From NCBI GenBank assembly GCA_965261385.1, contig CBDHDB010000001.1, positions 737,145 to 801,144 of the forward strand: 64,000 bases of DNA, in the 5' to 3' direction. This document shows, piece by piece, positions 21,488 through 30,956 of this stretch. Positions within the stretch are counted from its first letter, which is position 1, and every line of letters begins with the position of its first letter. The position numbers were made by a program, and so were the translations under genes. The notes under the pieces are model-generated. The model made no database searches. It was not told the DNA's origin and saw nothing but the letters and a program-made list of their open reading frames with translations. The stretch is from Dehalococcoidia bacterium (GTDB lineage Bacteria; Chloroflexota; Dehalococcoidia; Lucifugimonadales; Australimonadaceae).

Positions 21488-22474
21488 TTAGCGGGGCGGG
21501 GCCTTGGGGGCGTTGCCCGTGCCGAAGCGTTCGATCTCCTCGTCGTTGCCGTCCCAGGCGGCGATGGCATCGACGGCGTCGCGCTCCTCTGGGGTCAGGA
21601 CCCAGTCGCAAGTGCTGGCGTTGCCCTCTACTTGCTCCTCGTTCATTGCCCCGGCGATGACGGAGCTGACGGACGGGTGGGCGAGCAGCCACGCGAACGC
21701 CAGGTCGAGGACGGAGTGGCCATGCTCGTTGGCGAAGGCGTCGAGCTGGGAGAGGATGGCGCGCGCCCGCTCGTCGCCCTGGAGCTGGCCGACCATCCGG
21801 CGTGCGCTGCTCGGGACCGCCGCCTCGGCGGAGTACTTGCCGGTGAGCCAGCCGCCCGCGAGGGGGAAGTAGGGGAGGAAGCCGATGTTGTGCTCCGTGC
21901 AGAAGGGGAGCAGCTCGAGCTCCACGTGGCGGCGCATGAGGCTGTAGTAGTTCTGGGAGGAGACGAAGGGCGCCCATCCCTTGTCCACAGCGGCGCGGTC
22001 CGCGTCGGCGTGGCGCCAGCTGGCGTAGTTGCACTCGCCGATGTAGCGCACCTTACCCTCAGTGACGAGGTCGTTCAGCGGCTCCAAGTACTCCTCGTGC
22101 GGCACGCCGTAGGGGATGAAGTGGATCTGGTAGAGGTCGATGACGTCCGTCTGGAGCTTGGTCAGGCTGTCCTCGACGTTCTTGTTGATGCGGTCGCGTG
22201 GAGACTCGCCGTCGAGCTTATTGAGGTTGAACTTGGTGGCGATGATGGCTTGGTCGCGCTTGCCCTTCAGGGCCGCGCCGATGTGGACCTCGCTCTCGCC
22301 GCTGCCGTAGATGTCGGCGGTGTCGATGAAGTTGATGCCCACGTCGAGACACTTGTCGATCACGCGCTGGCTGTGCGCGTGTTCCGAGATGCGGCTGGGG
22401 TTGCCGAAATTGTTGGTTCCGAGGCCGATGACCGAAACCTCGAGGTCGCTGGCGCCTAGCTTGCGGTACTGCAT
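21488..22474 (-). CDS. Aldo/keto reductase
   Basis: MQYRKLGASDLEVSVIGLGTNNFG...DTADIYGSGESE...SSQNYYSL is an AKR signature. Confidence 0.9.
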   Translation of the reverse strand: MQYRKLGASDLEVSVIGLGTNNFGNPSRISEHAHSQRVIDKCLDVGINFIDTADIYGSGESEVHIGAALKGKRDQAIIATKFNLNKLDGESPRDRINKNVEDSLTKLQTDVIDLYQIHFIPYGVPHEEYLEPLNDLVTEGKVRYIGECNYASWRHADADRAAVDKGWAPFVSSQNYYSLMRRHVELELLPFCTEHNIGFLPYFPLAGGWLTGKYSAEAAVPSSARRMVGQLQGDERARAILSQLDAFANEHGHSVLDLAFAWLLAHPSVSSVIAGAMNEEQVEGNASTCDWVLTPEERDAVDAIAAWDGNDEEIERFGTGNAPKAPPR

Positions 22475-22538
22475 GGATCCTCCATGGACGTGATATGTAG
22501 CGGATGTTCCGAGCCGCGCGCTCGTGAATCAGCGTGCG

Positions 22539-23087
22539 TTACGAGCGGGGCATGGCTGGGGGTAGAAAAACGGTCTCATTTGGTCTCATTTGGTAGCATT
22601 TTACTCGTAAGCAGCCCGGAGCGACTGCGGGCGGCGGACGGCTTACGGGCCGGTTCCATGGTAGAGGTCGCAGGGGCGACGGGGCAAGGGGCAGGTGTCT
22701 TCCGTCATCCCCGCGAAGGCGGGAATCCAGGAACACCCTCGCGCCTGCTTTGGGTCCCTCGCCCGTCTGCGGGTGCACGGCAGTGGAGACCTGGGCTCGT
22801 TTGGTGTGCGTTACAGCTCCTACAGTTTTACCGAAGAGACTTGCGTTCAGCGTATGTAGCCGGCCGGGACGCGCCCAACTGTCTCTTAGCAGCTGGCCAT
22901 GCCGCATATCATTCTGTGTAAGCTCAATGTCCCCAGGACGGCTCTGCTGCCTGCTGGTTATCTCGCACAGCGCCCAATCGCCCATCCCCACGTCGGCAAG
23001 CACCAGGCAGGGCCGTATCTTGGCGGAGCTCAGGTCAGAGTAGGGGAACGGCGCCAAGACTACGTCTCCGACCACGCAGCCTCCCAA
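22539..23087 (-). CDS. PemK/MazF-like toxin domain with an aberrant ~70-aa C-terminal read-through
   Basis: The N-terminal ~110 aa (GDVVLAPFPYSDLSSAKIRPCLVLA...CEITS...) match the PemK/MazF pattern. The remainder reads through a REP-like element (..FLDSRLRGDDG..) and short tandem repeats. The start overlaps the end of the upstream RM gene. Confidence 0.6.
   Translation of the reverse strand: MGGCVVGDVVLAPFPYSDLSSAKIRPCLVLADVGMGDWALCEITSRQQSRPGDIELTQNDMRHGQLLRDSWARPGRLHTLNASLFGKTVGAVTHTKRAQVSTAVHPQTGEGPKAGARVFLDSRLRGDDGRHLPLAPSPLRPLPWNRPVSRPPPAVAPGCLRVKCYQMRPNETVFLPPAMPRS
22572..22601. repeat. Short AT-rich tandem repeat (GGTCTCATTT x2 plus degenerate GGTAGCATTT) near the left ICE junction
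   Basis: Read directly from the sequence. Confidence 0.8.
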
Positions 23088-26000
23088 TCGGGGTCGTCGG
23101 GCCTGCTAAACCAGTCCGCCATTCCGAGCATCGCCCATTCGTGCTTGTCGCGGTCGCCGTAGACGACGAGGTCGTCGCCGTCCCAGTAGGCCATGCCGTC
23201 CACGATGTCCATCGTCTTGACGCTCACGGCGCAGACGCGGCGCAGCAGGTCTATGACGCGTTCCTTGTGGTCCGCGAAGCGGTACGTGTCGAAACGCTCG
23301 GCGATGGTGGGGTCTTTCGGCTTGCGCTCCTTGTACTGGTCGAGCACCCACTCGAGGGCGGAGCGGTTGCCGAGGCGGTAGCGCCAGGCGTCCGGCGGCA
23401 CACCGGTGAGGCGCGTCGCGTCGTCGAGGACGATGACGCTATGTTCCTTATCGGCGTGGAGTTTCGGCTTGCCCGGCTCTTTACCGGTCTCCTCCCGTTC
23501 CAGGGGGTACGGCTCGGCGGACTCGAACCCGATATGCAGGTCGAGCAGCTCCTGTCCCATGCGCGCCCAGATGTCGAAATCGTGGTAGAGCGGCAGGCGC
23601 GGGAACTCGCGGAGCAGGTCGACGGCGTAGTCGTGCCGGTAGACCGGATCGTGGAGGACGGCGTAGGTGTAGGCGAATATCTGCTCGGCGGTGATGCCGT
23701 CTTTGCCGGCGACGTTCTCGAAGTCCTTCCCCCACTCCTTGCGGTAGTGGTCGTTGACCTGCCGCAGCCCCCACTCCGTGATGTTGCTGACGCGCTTGCC
23801 GTGCTCCGTGTAGCGGTAGAGGGGGAGGCATTGGGTGTCGCCGGTGAAATGCCAATCAGTCAAGTAACCCGCAGCCAGTGCATAAAACGCATTGCCGTTT
23901 ACGCAGAAGTTTATAACTTCGTTGGGGTGATACAAATCCGGCCCAAAGATTCGGTAATGATTACTGGTAAGTCTGTCATTCATCACTACATCGGCAAAGT
24001 AATGCTTGGCAACGAACGGACGATACAGTGATTGAGTAAGCCATTGTTCGGTATAAATGATTCGGCGTCCACGGTTGAAATGGTTACGAGTGGCTTCGCT
24101 CCACTTGATTACCGTATCATACGAATCGTCGTCCTGAGCCAAGAGTCTATTGTAAGTATCGGCAAAGAAAAGCACTTTAGCGCGAAGATTGCTGATTTCG
24201 AAATCGTAAACCCACCCATCCCGTGCCGTATTAACTCCAAGTGCGCTAAGGCTGAAAATCGCCCGTTCCTCGCTGATGTGTTTGGCGTACTTAGTCTGGC
24301 GGTTAGCTAAAGGAAGTAGCGAGCCGAAATCAGTGTCAGTCTGCTTGAGCCAGTTGTGCTCTACGTCAGGTAAAATACTTTCAAACGCAAGCTCGTTGAG
24401 CTTGGCTTGGCGCAGATAGGCTAGCTTATCTATCGCAAGCTCGGCGTCCTCCCGGCGCGCGTAGTGGATGCCGCATCCGCCGGTCTTGGAGCTATCCCGC
24501 ACGAAGAAGCCGATAGCTACGCCGGTCTGTATCCCAAATACGTTATGCGTGGTTCCCGCGATCTTTGGGTTGCGGCGTACATCGGAACCTAAATCGAGGA
24601 TGTAAAGTTCACTGAATTCTTTGCCCACGACCTGCCGGAATCCATCGTCCTGCCGCGCTTCGAGGTAAGCGCGGTTGGTGACGAAAGCGATGATTCCGTC
24701 GTCATCCAGCCGGTCGCTCGCCCAGCGGATGAACCGCTTGTACATGTCGTATTGCTTGGTCTTTTGGGCGGTGCTGGCTTTGATGTAGGTGTCACTAATC
24801 CGGCGGTCTATCTCCGGGTACTCGCGGTTCTTGTTGTTATCGTTCTCGTTCTGCTGGTTCGCGTTGTACGGCGGGTTGCCGATGACGACGCTGATCGTCT
24901 TCTCGTTCTGCTCTTGGACGCGCAGCCAATTCTCGGTTGAGAGGCCGCCGAGGTTGAACGCGCTCTGCCGCTGCACCGCCGCTCCGGTCGCGCCGGTCTG
25001 TTGCCAGCCCATGTTGTCCAGCGTGTCGACGAAGCAGAGATTGGGGAACTCGAGGTAGCGGCCGGTGCGCTCCTTGTAGGTGTACTCGATATTGAGGTTG
25101 GCGATGTAGTAGGGGAGTATCGCTAGCTCGTTGGCGTGCATCTCGTGGCGGTACTTGTGCTCCAAGCGGTCGAGGGGCAAGAAGTTGATGAGGCTGGTGA
25201 TGAACGTGCCGGTGCCGGTGGCGGGGTCGAGTATCTGGACGTTGACGTCGGCGAGCCCGCGCCCGAAGTGCTTGCGCAACAGGTGGTCCGTCCCTCGCAC
25301 CATGAAGTCCACGACCTCGTTGGGTGTGTAGACGACGCCCATGCGGTCGGCGGCGGCGGGGTTGTAGGTCTTGTAGAAGTCCTCGTAGACGGCCTTGAGG
25401 AACTGCTGCTTCTCGGCGTGGTCGGCGATCTCGTCGTCGGCGCGGCCGATGGCGCCGTAGTAGGCGCGGAGGCGGTCGATGGCCTGTCGGCGGATGTCGC
25501 CGGTGAAGAAGGTCTGTTCGAGGGCGTCGAGGCGCAGGGCGACGTCGTTCTCGCGGTGGAACTGCTCCTCGCCGAACACGCGGAGGAAGACATCTTTGGT
25601 GAGGATGTGCTGGAGGAGCATCTCCCGCACGTCCGCCTCCGAGACGTTGGGGCCGATGGTCTGGCGGCAGAGCTCGAGGAAGGCGGCGGCCGCTTGCTGG
25701 TAGCCCGTGCTGCCGGCCTCCGCCTCAACGATGGTGCCGCGAAGGTTCTCCAGGACCTCGGGAAGGTCGGTCTTGAACTGCGACCAGGCGTGGCGGAACT
25801 CCTCGATCTGTGGAAGCTCATAGTCGAGGAAGCGGCGGATGAGGCGGTGGAGCTCGTCGGGACGGCGCATGTCCACCCACATTGCCACGCCGTCGTTCTG
25901 GTAGAGGACGGCGGTCTGCGAGTCCTCGAAGATGATGTTGTCGCGGGGGTAGCCGCGGTTGAGCTTGCGCTGGATCTCGGCTTCGAGGTCGTCATCGGTG

Positions 26001-26242
26001 TCTTTCGCCTCCCAATAGCCGCGTGCCATGCGGAGCGCGTCCTTCACCGTTCCGTCGGGCCTGACGCCTGAGGGCAAGGCGAGCTCCGGAACGAGCACGA
26101 CGCGCTCCCTGTGCTCGCGGCAGTAGGCGGTGAGGCAGCTCTCGAAGGCCCGGCGAGTGCTCTGCTCGTTGGTGGAGCCGCCGAACTCGATGAGCTGTCG
26201 CAGCTCCTCGTAGTAGCGCTCGATGTGGGGGTGGTCGGGCAT
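23060..26242 (-). CDS. Fused restriction-modification enzyme (Type IIG / helicase-less Type ISP-like): N-terminal PD-(D/E)xK-like motif, gamma-class N6-adenine methyltransferase, C-terminal specificity domain
   Basis: Motif IV VIGNPPYNANQQ and an AdoMet-binding ILDPATGTGTF. The N-terminal RPDGTV...GYWEAKD fits PD...ExK. The C-terminal third resembles Type ISP/MmeI-type target-recognition regions. Confidence 0.75.
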   Translation of the reverse strand: MPDHPHIERYYEELRQLIEFGGSTNEQSTRRAFESCLTAYCREHRERVVLVPELALPSGVRPDGTVKDALRMARGYWEAKDTDDDLEAEIQRKLNRGYPRDNIIFEDSQTAVLYQNDGVAMWVDMRRPDELHRLIRRFLDYELPQIEEFRHAWSQFKTDLPEVLENLRGTIVEAEAGSTGYQQAAAAFLELCRQTIGPNVSEADVREMLLQHILTKDVFLRVFGEEQFHRENDVALRLDALEQTFFTGDIRRQAIDRLRAYYGAIGRADDEIADHAEKQQFLKAVYEDFYKTYNPAAADRMGVVYTPNEVVDFMVRGTDHLLRKHFGRGLADVNVQILDPATGTGTFITSLINFLPLDRLEHKYRHEMHANELAILPYYIANLNIEYTYKERTGRYLEFPNLCFVDTLDNMGWQQTGATGAAVQRQSAFNLGGLSTENWLRVQEQNEKTISVVIGNPPYNANQQNENDNNKNREYPEIDRRISDTYIKASTAQKTKQYDMYKRFIRWASDRLDDDGIIAFVTNRAYLEARQDDGFRQVVGKEFSELYILDLGSDVRRNPKIAGTTHNVFGIQTGVAIGFFVRDSSKTGGCGIHYARREDAELAIDKLAYLRQAKLNELAFESILPDVEHNWLKQTDTDFGSLLPLANRQTKYAKHISEERAIFSLSALGVNTARDGWVYDFEISNLRAKVLFFADTYNRLLAQDDDSYDTVIKWSEATRNHFNRGRRIIYTEQWLTQSLYRPFVAKHYFADVVMNDRLTSNHYRIFGPDLYHPNEVINFCVNGNAFYALAAGYLTDWHFTGDTQCLPLYRYTEHGKRVSNITEWGLRQVNDHYRKEWGKDFENVAGKDGITAEQIFAYTYAVLHDPVYRHDYAVDLLREFPRLPLYHDFDIWARMGQELLDLHIGFESAEPYPLEREETGKEPGKPKLHADKEHSVIVLDDATRLTGVPPDAWRYRLGNRSALEWVLDQYKERKPKDPTIAERFDTYRFADHKERVIDLLRRVCAVSVKTMDIVDGMAYWDGDDLVVYGDRDKHEWAMLGMADWFSRPDDPDWEAAWSET

Positions 26243-26251
26243 GGGCGGCGA

Positions 26252-28069
26252 TTATAGCAAGCCGCTCCTTTGGCCCACTCTCCCCCGCGCTTTGCTGCGC
26301 TCGCGCTTCCCCTCCCGCACCTTCCGGCGCTGCGCGTCCGCCGACCAACCAAACCCTAGCGCGCCGCCCCGCCGCGACATTTGCCCATTGCCCAATCCCC
26401 CTGCGCCCCCTACGATGGATTGCTCGTCATACCTCGATTGGAGAACCCAACCACGGGCGCGGGACTTCTTCCCTTCCTCCCCCGTCTGCGGGGGAGGTAC
26501 CGGTAAGGCAATAGCAACGGACTCGTCAAGGGGGACGCCCAAGGTGAGGAGCAGGTTGTTGTCCCGGCCGATCACAACCTCATCCACCACCATCTGGAGG
26601 ACCTCCCTGCGCTGAGCGGGGGTCAGATCGTCCATCCCCTCGCCAACCTCCCCCGCCCAGGTGAGGATCCCCTCCATCAGGGCCCGCTTCTGCGCCCCGC
26701 TCGCCTCCCTGGCGCGGTAGTCGTCCAGCTTTGCCCGCAGACTCTCCAGCCGCTCGGTGATGAACTTGCGCTGCAGGTCGAGCTGATTCTCGGTGATCTT
26801 CCCCGACACGTACAGCCTGATGGCCCGGTCTTCTTCCGACTGGACCCGCCTCAGGTCCCGCTCTGTCCTTGCGACCTCTTCGGCTGACCCCCCGTCTTCC
26901 TGCACGTCCAGGGCCTCGATGCCGGCGACGATGAGGCCAGGGTTCTGCAGGACGTTCTTCACCTCGCTCCAGACCAGTTCCTCCAACCGCTCCGCCCGGA
27001 TGAAGGGATGCTCCCTGCAGCGCAGGCGGTGCTTCTGCATGCCGTAGCAGTAGTAGTACCGCTGAGGAGGGTCGAGCTCGTACCGGTAGACCTTGCCGTT
27101 GCGCGTGATCTTGTTGCTGTTGTTCGTCTTTCCTCCGAAGAGCATCCCGCACTCGGCGCACCGGACGAGATGCTGCAACAGGTAGAACACCTTGGTGTTC
27201 CGCTTGGACCTGCTCAACCGCTGCTTCTTGAGGGCCTGCGCCCGGTCCCAGGTCTCCTCGTCCACCAGCGGCGTGACCGGGACCTTTATCCAGGTCTCTT
27301 GAGGCTGCGCGTAGACCCTCGTCCCGTCTTCCGTCGCAACATGCCGGGCCCTGCCAAACCACCAGGCGCCCTTGTAGGCCTCGTTGCCCAGAATGCGGTG
27401 AACGCGTGCTTCTTGCCACCGCGCGTTGGGCTTGCGCATGGGGATTTCCTCCTCGATCAGCTGCCAGGTGATGGACGCCGCGCCCATCCCCTCGTGGACG
27501 TACTGGCGGAAGATGCGCCGCACGACCTCGGCCTCGGCCTCGTCAATCTCAGGCCGGCCGTCGTCGCCGGTCCGGTAGCCGTAGGGGAGCGTGCCGGTCG
27601 GCACGCGGCCCTGCTTGGCCGCCCCGCGCCTGCCCATGGCCGAGCGCTCCCGGAAGTTGTCCAGCTCGATCTTTCCGATGGCGGCCATCAGGCCGAAGGT
27701 CTTCATGTCGATGGCGTCCATGACGGCCTCAATCCCTATCTGGTAGGCCTCGACGACCTCCATGAGAGCGGCGGCGGGGAACATGCCCCGGCTGAGGCGG
27801 TCCGACTTCCAGCAGACGATGGTGTCGAACAAACCCTGCTTGGCGTCGGCCAGCATCCGCTGGAACTCGGGGCGCTTCTTCGACCAGCCCCGGCCGATCT
27901 CCTGGTAGCGCGCGGTGATGGTCAGCCCCTTGCGCTCGCAGTAGGCCTCCATCTCGATGGCCTGCTCGGAGAGGGAGGTCTTGTCCTCCTCGGCCTGGCT
28001 CTTGTCCGAAACGCGGGCGTAGATGGCCGCTCGCTGTCCCTGTAGTTGCTGCGTCTTAGCTCTCGGCAT
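26252..28069 (-). CDS. Large serine recombinase (integrase)
   Basis: The catalytic N-terminus AAIYARVSDKSQ...SLSEQ, recombinase domain and zinc-ribbon CAECG...CYG, and coiled-coil are present. ATG 28069 is preceded by AGGAGG. The last ~90 codons look low-complexity. Confidence 0.9.
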   Translation of the reverse strand: MPRAKTQQLQGQRAAIYARVSDKSQAEEDKTSLSEQAIEMEAYCERKGLTITARYQEIGRGWSKKRPEFQRMLADAKQGLFDTIVCWKSDRLSRGMFPAAALMEVVEAYQIGIEAVMDAIDMKTFGLMAAIGKIELDNFRERSAMGRRGAAKQGRVPTGTLPYGYRTGDDGRPEIDEAEAEVVRRIFRQYVHEGMGAASITWQLIEEEIPMRKPNARWQEARVHRILGNEAYKGAWWFGRARHVATEDGTRVYAQPQETWIKVPVTPLVDEETWDRAQALKKQRLSRSKRNTKVFYLLQHLVRCAECGMLFGGKTNNSNKITRNGKVYRYELDPPQRYYYCYGMQKHRLRCREHPFIRAERLEELVWSEVKNVLQNPGLIVAGIEALDVQEDGGSAEEVARTERDLRRVQSEEDRAIRLYVSGKITENQLDLQRKFITERLESLRAKLDDYRAREASGAQKRALMEGILTWAGEVGEGMDDLTPAQRREVLQMVVDEVVIGRDNNLLLTLGVPLDESVAIALPVPPPQTGEEGKKSRARGWVLQSRYDEQSIVGGAGGLGNGQMSRRGGALGFGWSADAQRRKVREGKRERSKARGRVGQRSGLL

Positions 28070-28544
28070 AACTGCCTCCTCTCGTTCGTATCCGTAGAAA
28101 CCAAAAAGTCCCGCCTCCTGCCGGGAGCGGGTCTGCGAGCGGTAGAATACGCATCGCATCACCTGATCCAGCAGGTGGAGCCACGGCCCGGGGTGTTCAC
28201 GCACCGCCGGGCCAACCTCTACTTGAAAGCGTATCCCAGCCGCCTCAGGCAGTCAAAGGGGCGTTGTCACAACCCCGCATATGCAATCAGGCTATAGCAT
28301 TTCGCTGGACTCTCGCCTCTTCGATCAGGACTTCAGAGGTGACTCGCGTTTGATCCCTTCCTATCCTTGTTCGTCTGCCAAAATAGACAAGCCTGGCCCC
28401 TTCGCGTTAGTTGTAAGGCGCGGCAGAATCGTGGATTGCCATTTGCTATCCAGTTCACGTTCGCGTTACTGAGGATGTCTAACTCTGCGTTATGCGAGGG
28501 GCAGTTCGGAATTGCACTATGTCTAGGCCGGACGCAGATTTGTC

Positions 28545-29666
28545 CTACGTAGGCCTATTGTAGTCTGCCAACTGACATGCCGATCCAAACAATTCGACAT
28601 TCCAGTCGGTTACCGACGTAATCTTCTTTCGTAACCGAATCATCCCGTCAGACAAGCCTACTGTCCGGATCCTTGCGCCGCTTTCACGGATAGTCCTTTC
28701 TACGACGCTACTCCTACCTTGCAGGAGTCTACCTACAATGCTTTCTTGTGACCCTGTGACGTATGCCTCATCGGTAAGCGAGAGGATGCGAAGTGCGTCG
28801 GTTTTAGTCGGCAACGCTCGTCCACCTCTTCGCCACGGAGTGACTACTGCGATAGGGTCTTCACGCAACATGTCGTTCCATACGCGATTCTCATGTGCGT
28901 TTTGAGAACCGTGATGTGGCAACTTGAATACCGATGCCTTGGTATCCGAGAGTTTGTCGATATCGAGAATTTCTAACCATCCTTCGTTCTCGAGATCGGC
29001 ACCAAGAAGAACTACTGTCTGGTCTAATTCAATCAATAGAACGACCGCAGCCTCGTTGGGTGTCAATGGAGGAACACGCCTTTTAGGTTCCATCTCTTGT
29101 GGAACAAGACGACCTATTGCTTGGAGGAAGGCGCGGAATGCCCGATCCGAAGGAGAAAGGGACCGTATCCTGCAATTATCTCGATTGAAGATAATGCGGT
29201 CGGAGATGGCGTGTCTCCAAGTAGCAGACCTCTGTTCAAGGAGTGAAAACACTCTGTAGAGCTCCCGTACTCCAGAGCCAAAATCGGTTGCGGGTCGGTT
29301 TTCGAGCGCGCCCACGGCGGCAAGGAATTCTCTAGTAGTCAAAACGGAAGCGCAGCAGAATATGGCGTTGTCACAGATCTCGACCAATTGCCCCAGGCCC
29401 CGTATGTGGTCGTCGTGCCAGTGAGTCGCTACTATCAAGCAGACGGCTGTTGAAGGATCCAAACCTAGGCTGCGTAAATAAGTGAGCGCTGCGGGTCGAT
29501 AGTCGGTATCGAGACAAGAATCGACGACCACCCACCTGTCATTCCCGATATGAATTAGCACGCATTCCCCATAACCGGGGCCAAAGAGGCTTAGCTCAAT
29601 CTCATCTATTTGGGGAGAAAGAGTGGGCGTCACTGCTCTATCGATTTGGCTACTTTCATGGCCCAT
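28545..29666 (-). CDS. MBL-fold metallo-hydrolase (ComEC-like subtype)
   Basis: HxHxDH motif VATHWHDDHIRG and a distal KLPHHGS. ATG 29666 has a GAGG RBS; the alternative start GTG 29633 would form a GTGA overlap with the upstream stop. Confidence 0.8.
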   Translation of the reverse strand: MGHESSQIDRAVTPTLSPQIDEIELSLFGPGYGECVLIHIGNDRWVVVDSCLDTDYRPAALTYLRSLGLDPSTAVCLIVATHWHDDHIRGLGQLVEICDNAIFCCASVLTTREFLAAVGALENRPATDFGSGVRELYRVFSLLEQRSATWRHAISDRIIFNRDNCRIRSLSPSDRAFRAFLQAIGRLVPQEMEPKRRVPPLTPNEAAVVLLIELDQTVVLLGADLENEGWLEILDIDKLSDTKASVFKLPHHGSQNAHENRVWNDMLREDPIAVVTPWRRGGRALPTKTDALRILSLTDEAYVTGSQESIVGRLLQGRSSVVERTIRESGARIRTVGLSDGMIRLRKKITSVTDWNVELFGSACQLADYNRPT

Positions 29667-30259
29667 GCGAGTCCCTCGGATCTGTCTTGCATAGTCATGG
29701 CCGGAAGGTCGCGAATAACAATCTGTGAGATACGTCGCTTTGTTCCACTCGCAGAGCGCTCGTATCCGATAACCCATCGGAAGATGCTGCCTGGACGGAG
29801 TCGTTTCAGGTCATCCTCTGAAATCTCCGACAAGGGAATGACGGCCTCCTCCTCTTGCCCCAGGGGTGCCTGAACGCCAAAAGAGGCAGCGGTTAAATCC
29901 AGCAGCCGTGCTGTAAAGTCGGTCTCTCCTGTTTCAAGGACATAACCTTCCCATTCTTGAAGCGCATGCAGTGTTGGCGCATGCGAAGCTCGAGGCGTTG
30001 AAGGTTGGAGAGGGAATTCGATGAGGCAGCTATAGTTGGGATAACAATCAGTCGATGTTAAGTAATCGACGCTAGTTGGGTCTTCGATTCTTGTCGCAGT
30101 CAGCATAATGCCTTGGGCTTGGGTTGATGCGACGTAGACCTGTTTTGCATATCCCTCTTCAAATAGCTGTTTCGGAGTCAGGTTCTCCCAAGGATTCTCG
30201 GTGAAATCTGACGGAATAGGAAGGCTATTGCCCACTGGAGCTAATGCGGTGTCGGACAT
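29630..30259 (-). CDS. Hypothetical protein (middle gene of the low-GC cassette)
   Basis: 209-aa ORF. Its start lies 1 nt after the upstream stop and it overlaps the downstream MBL gene. No recognisable motif. Confidence 0.55.
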   Translation of the reverse strand: MSDTALAPVGNSLPIPSDFTENPWENLTPKQLFEEGYAKQVYVASTQAQGIMLTATRIEDPTSVDYLTSTDCYPNYSCLIEFPLQPSTPRASHAPTLHALQEWEGYVLETGETDFTARLLDLTAASFGVQAPLGQEEEAVIPLSEISEDDLKRLRPGSIFRWVIGYERSASGTKRRISQIVIRDLPAMTMQDRSEGLAWAMKVAKSIEQ

Positions 30260-30260
30260 G

Positions 30261-30956
30261 CTATGATTCCCTTAGTGACATGATATGGTCAATAATCTGG
30301 TCTGCGTGGCGGAGCGAGTCGTCAAAATGTGTTTCAAGTAGACTAACTATTTCGCTTGTTGCGGTCTGGCTCTCTGGATCTTCAATTGCATAGTGATCAT
30401 TGACCTGGACAAATACCCCTGTACCCTCTTTTCCTACGCGATTCGATGGCTGTACAGTCACGTTTAGCTGTCCACCCGGCGGTCTGTCCTTTATGCCTAC
30501 CTGTGTCATAGTAATCGAAGTCATGCCACCGTGCCGTCCATCAGGTCCAAGTTGTCCGGCCCAGGCACCCCAGGGCGCAATGGGTGCAAGTGTTCTGCCA
30601 AGCCGATCCCGCTCCTCTAGAGCATTGAATAGAAAATGAATTTCGCGATTGATTCCCATCGCCCCAAGGCGTGTATGAGGGAGTTGTTCTTGGAATATCC
30701 GGATTGTTAGATCCCGCAAACGAACAAATGGTGGTTGAGCGGTACTAATTAAGAAGCGATTGGGAAGAACTTGGAGGTGTAGCCAGTCTGCTTGGAACGT
30801 TGTGATCTGTGGTTGAGCGGTTTGCAATTCTGCAATGTTGACAGTGTTTTCGGGGAGTAGGCCGTACCAACCAAACCACGCAGGTGTAAAAATCGAAGGA
30901 TTGAAATTGCCAAGCAAGACAAGAGAAACGCCCGTTATTTCAGGTGGAATCCTCAA
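30261..30956 (-). CDS. Hypothetical protein (first gene of the low-GC cassette)
   Basis: 231-aa ORF with a TTG start preceded by GGAGAGGAA. The N-terminus is LLGNFNPSIFTPAWFGWYGLL. No family assignable by eye. Confidence 0.55.
   Translation of the reverse strand: MRIPPEITGVSLVLLGNFNPSIFTPAWFGWYGLLPENTVNIAELQTAQPQITTFQADWLHLQVLPNRFLISTAQPPFVRLRDLTIRIFQEQLPHTRLGAMGINREIHFLFNALEERDRLGRTLAPIAPWGAWAGQLGPDGRHGGMTSITMTQVGIKDRPPGGQLNVTVQPSNRVGKEGTGVFVQVNDHYAIEDPESQTATSEIVSLLETHFDDSLRHADQIIDHIMSLRES

Noticed and set aside
21269-22459. 396-aa plus-strand ORF and the 272-aa ORF 21216..22034 overlapping the aldo/keto reductase
   Set aside because: The AKR frame has clear family motifs. These ORFs are antisense or alternative frames with Arg/Pro/Gly-rich nonsense composition.
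22700-22730. Peptide-looking motif ..SRLRGDDG.. (VIPAKAGIQ on the other strand)
   Set aside because: It derives from a short palindromic repeat (CCCGCGAAGGCGGG) that is widespread in environmental genomes and commonly mis-called as protein. I treat it as a REP-like sequence, not coding.
26252-26560. Odd low-complexity C-terminal ~90 aa of the serine recombinase as a separate gene or att-site crossing
   Set aside because: No alternative ORF with a start and RBS explains the region, and nothing in the sequence lets me place an att core here. I left it as part of the recombinase ORF.
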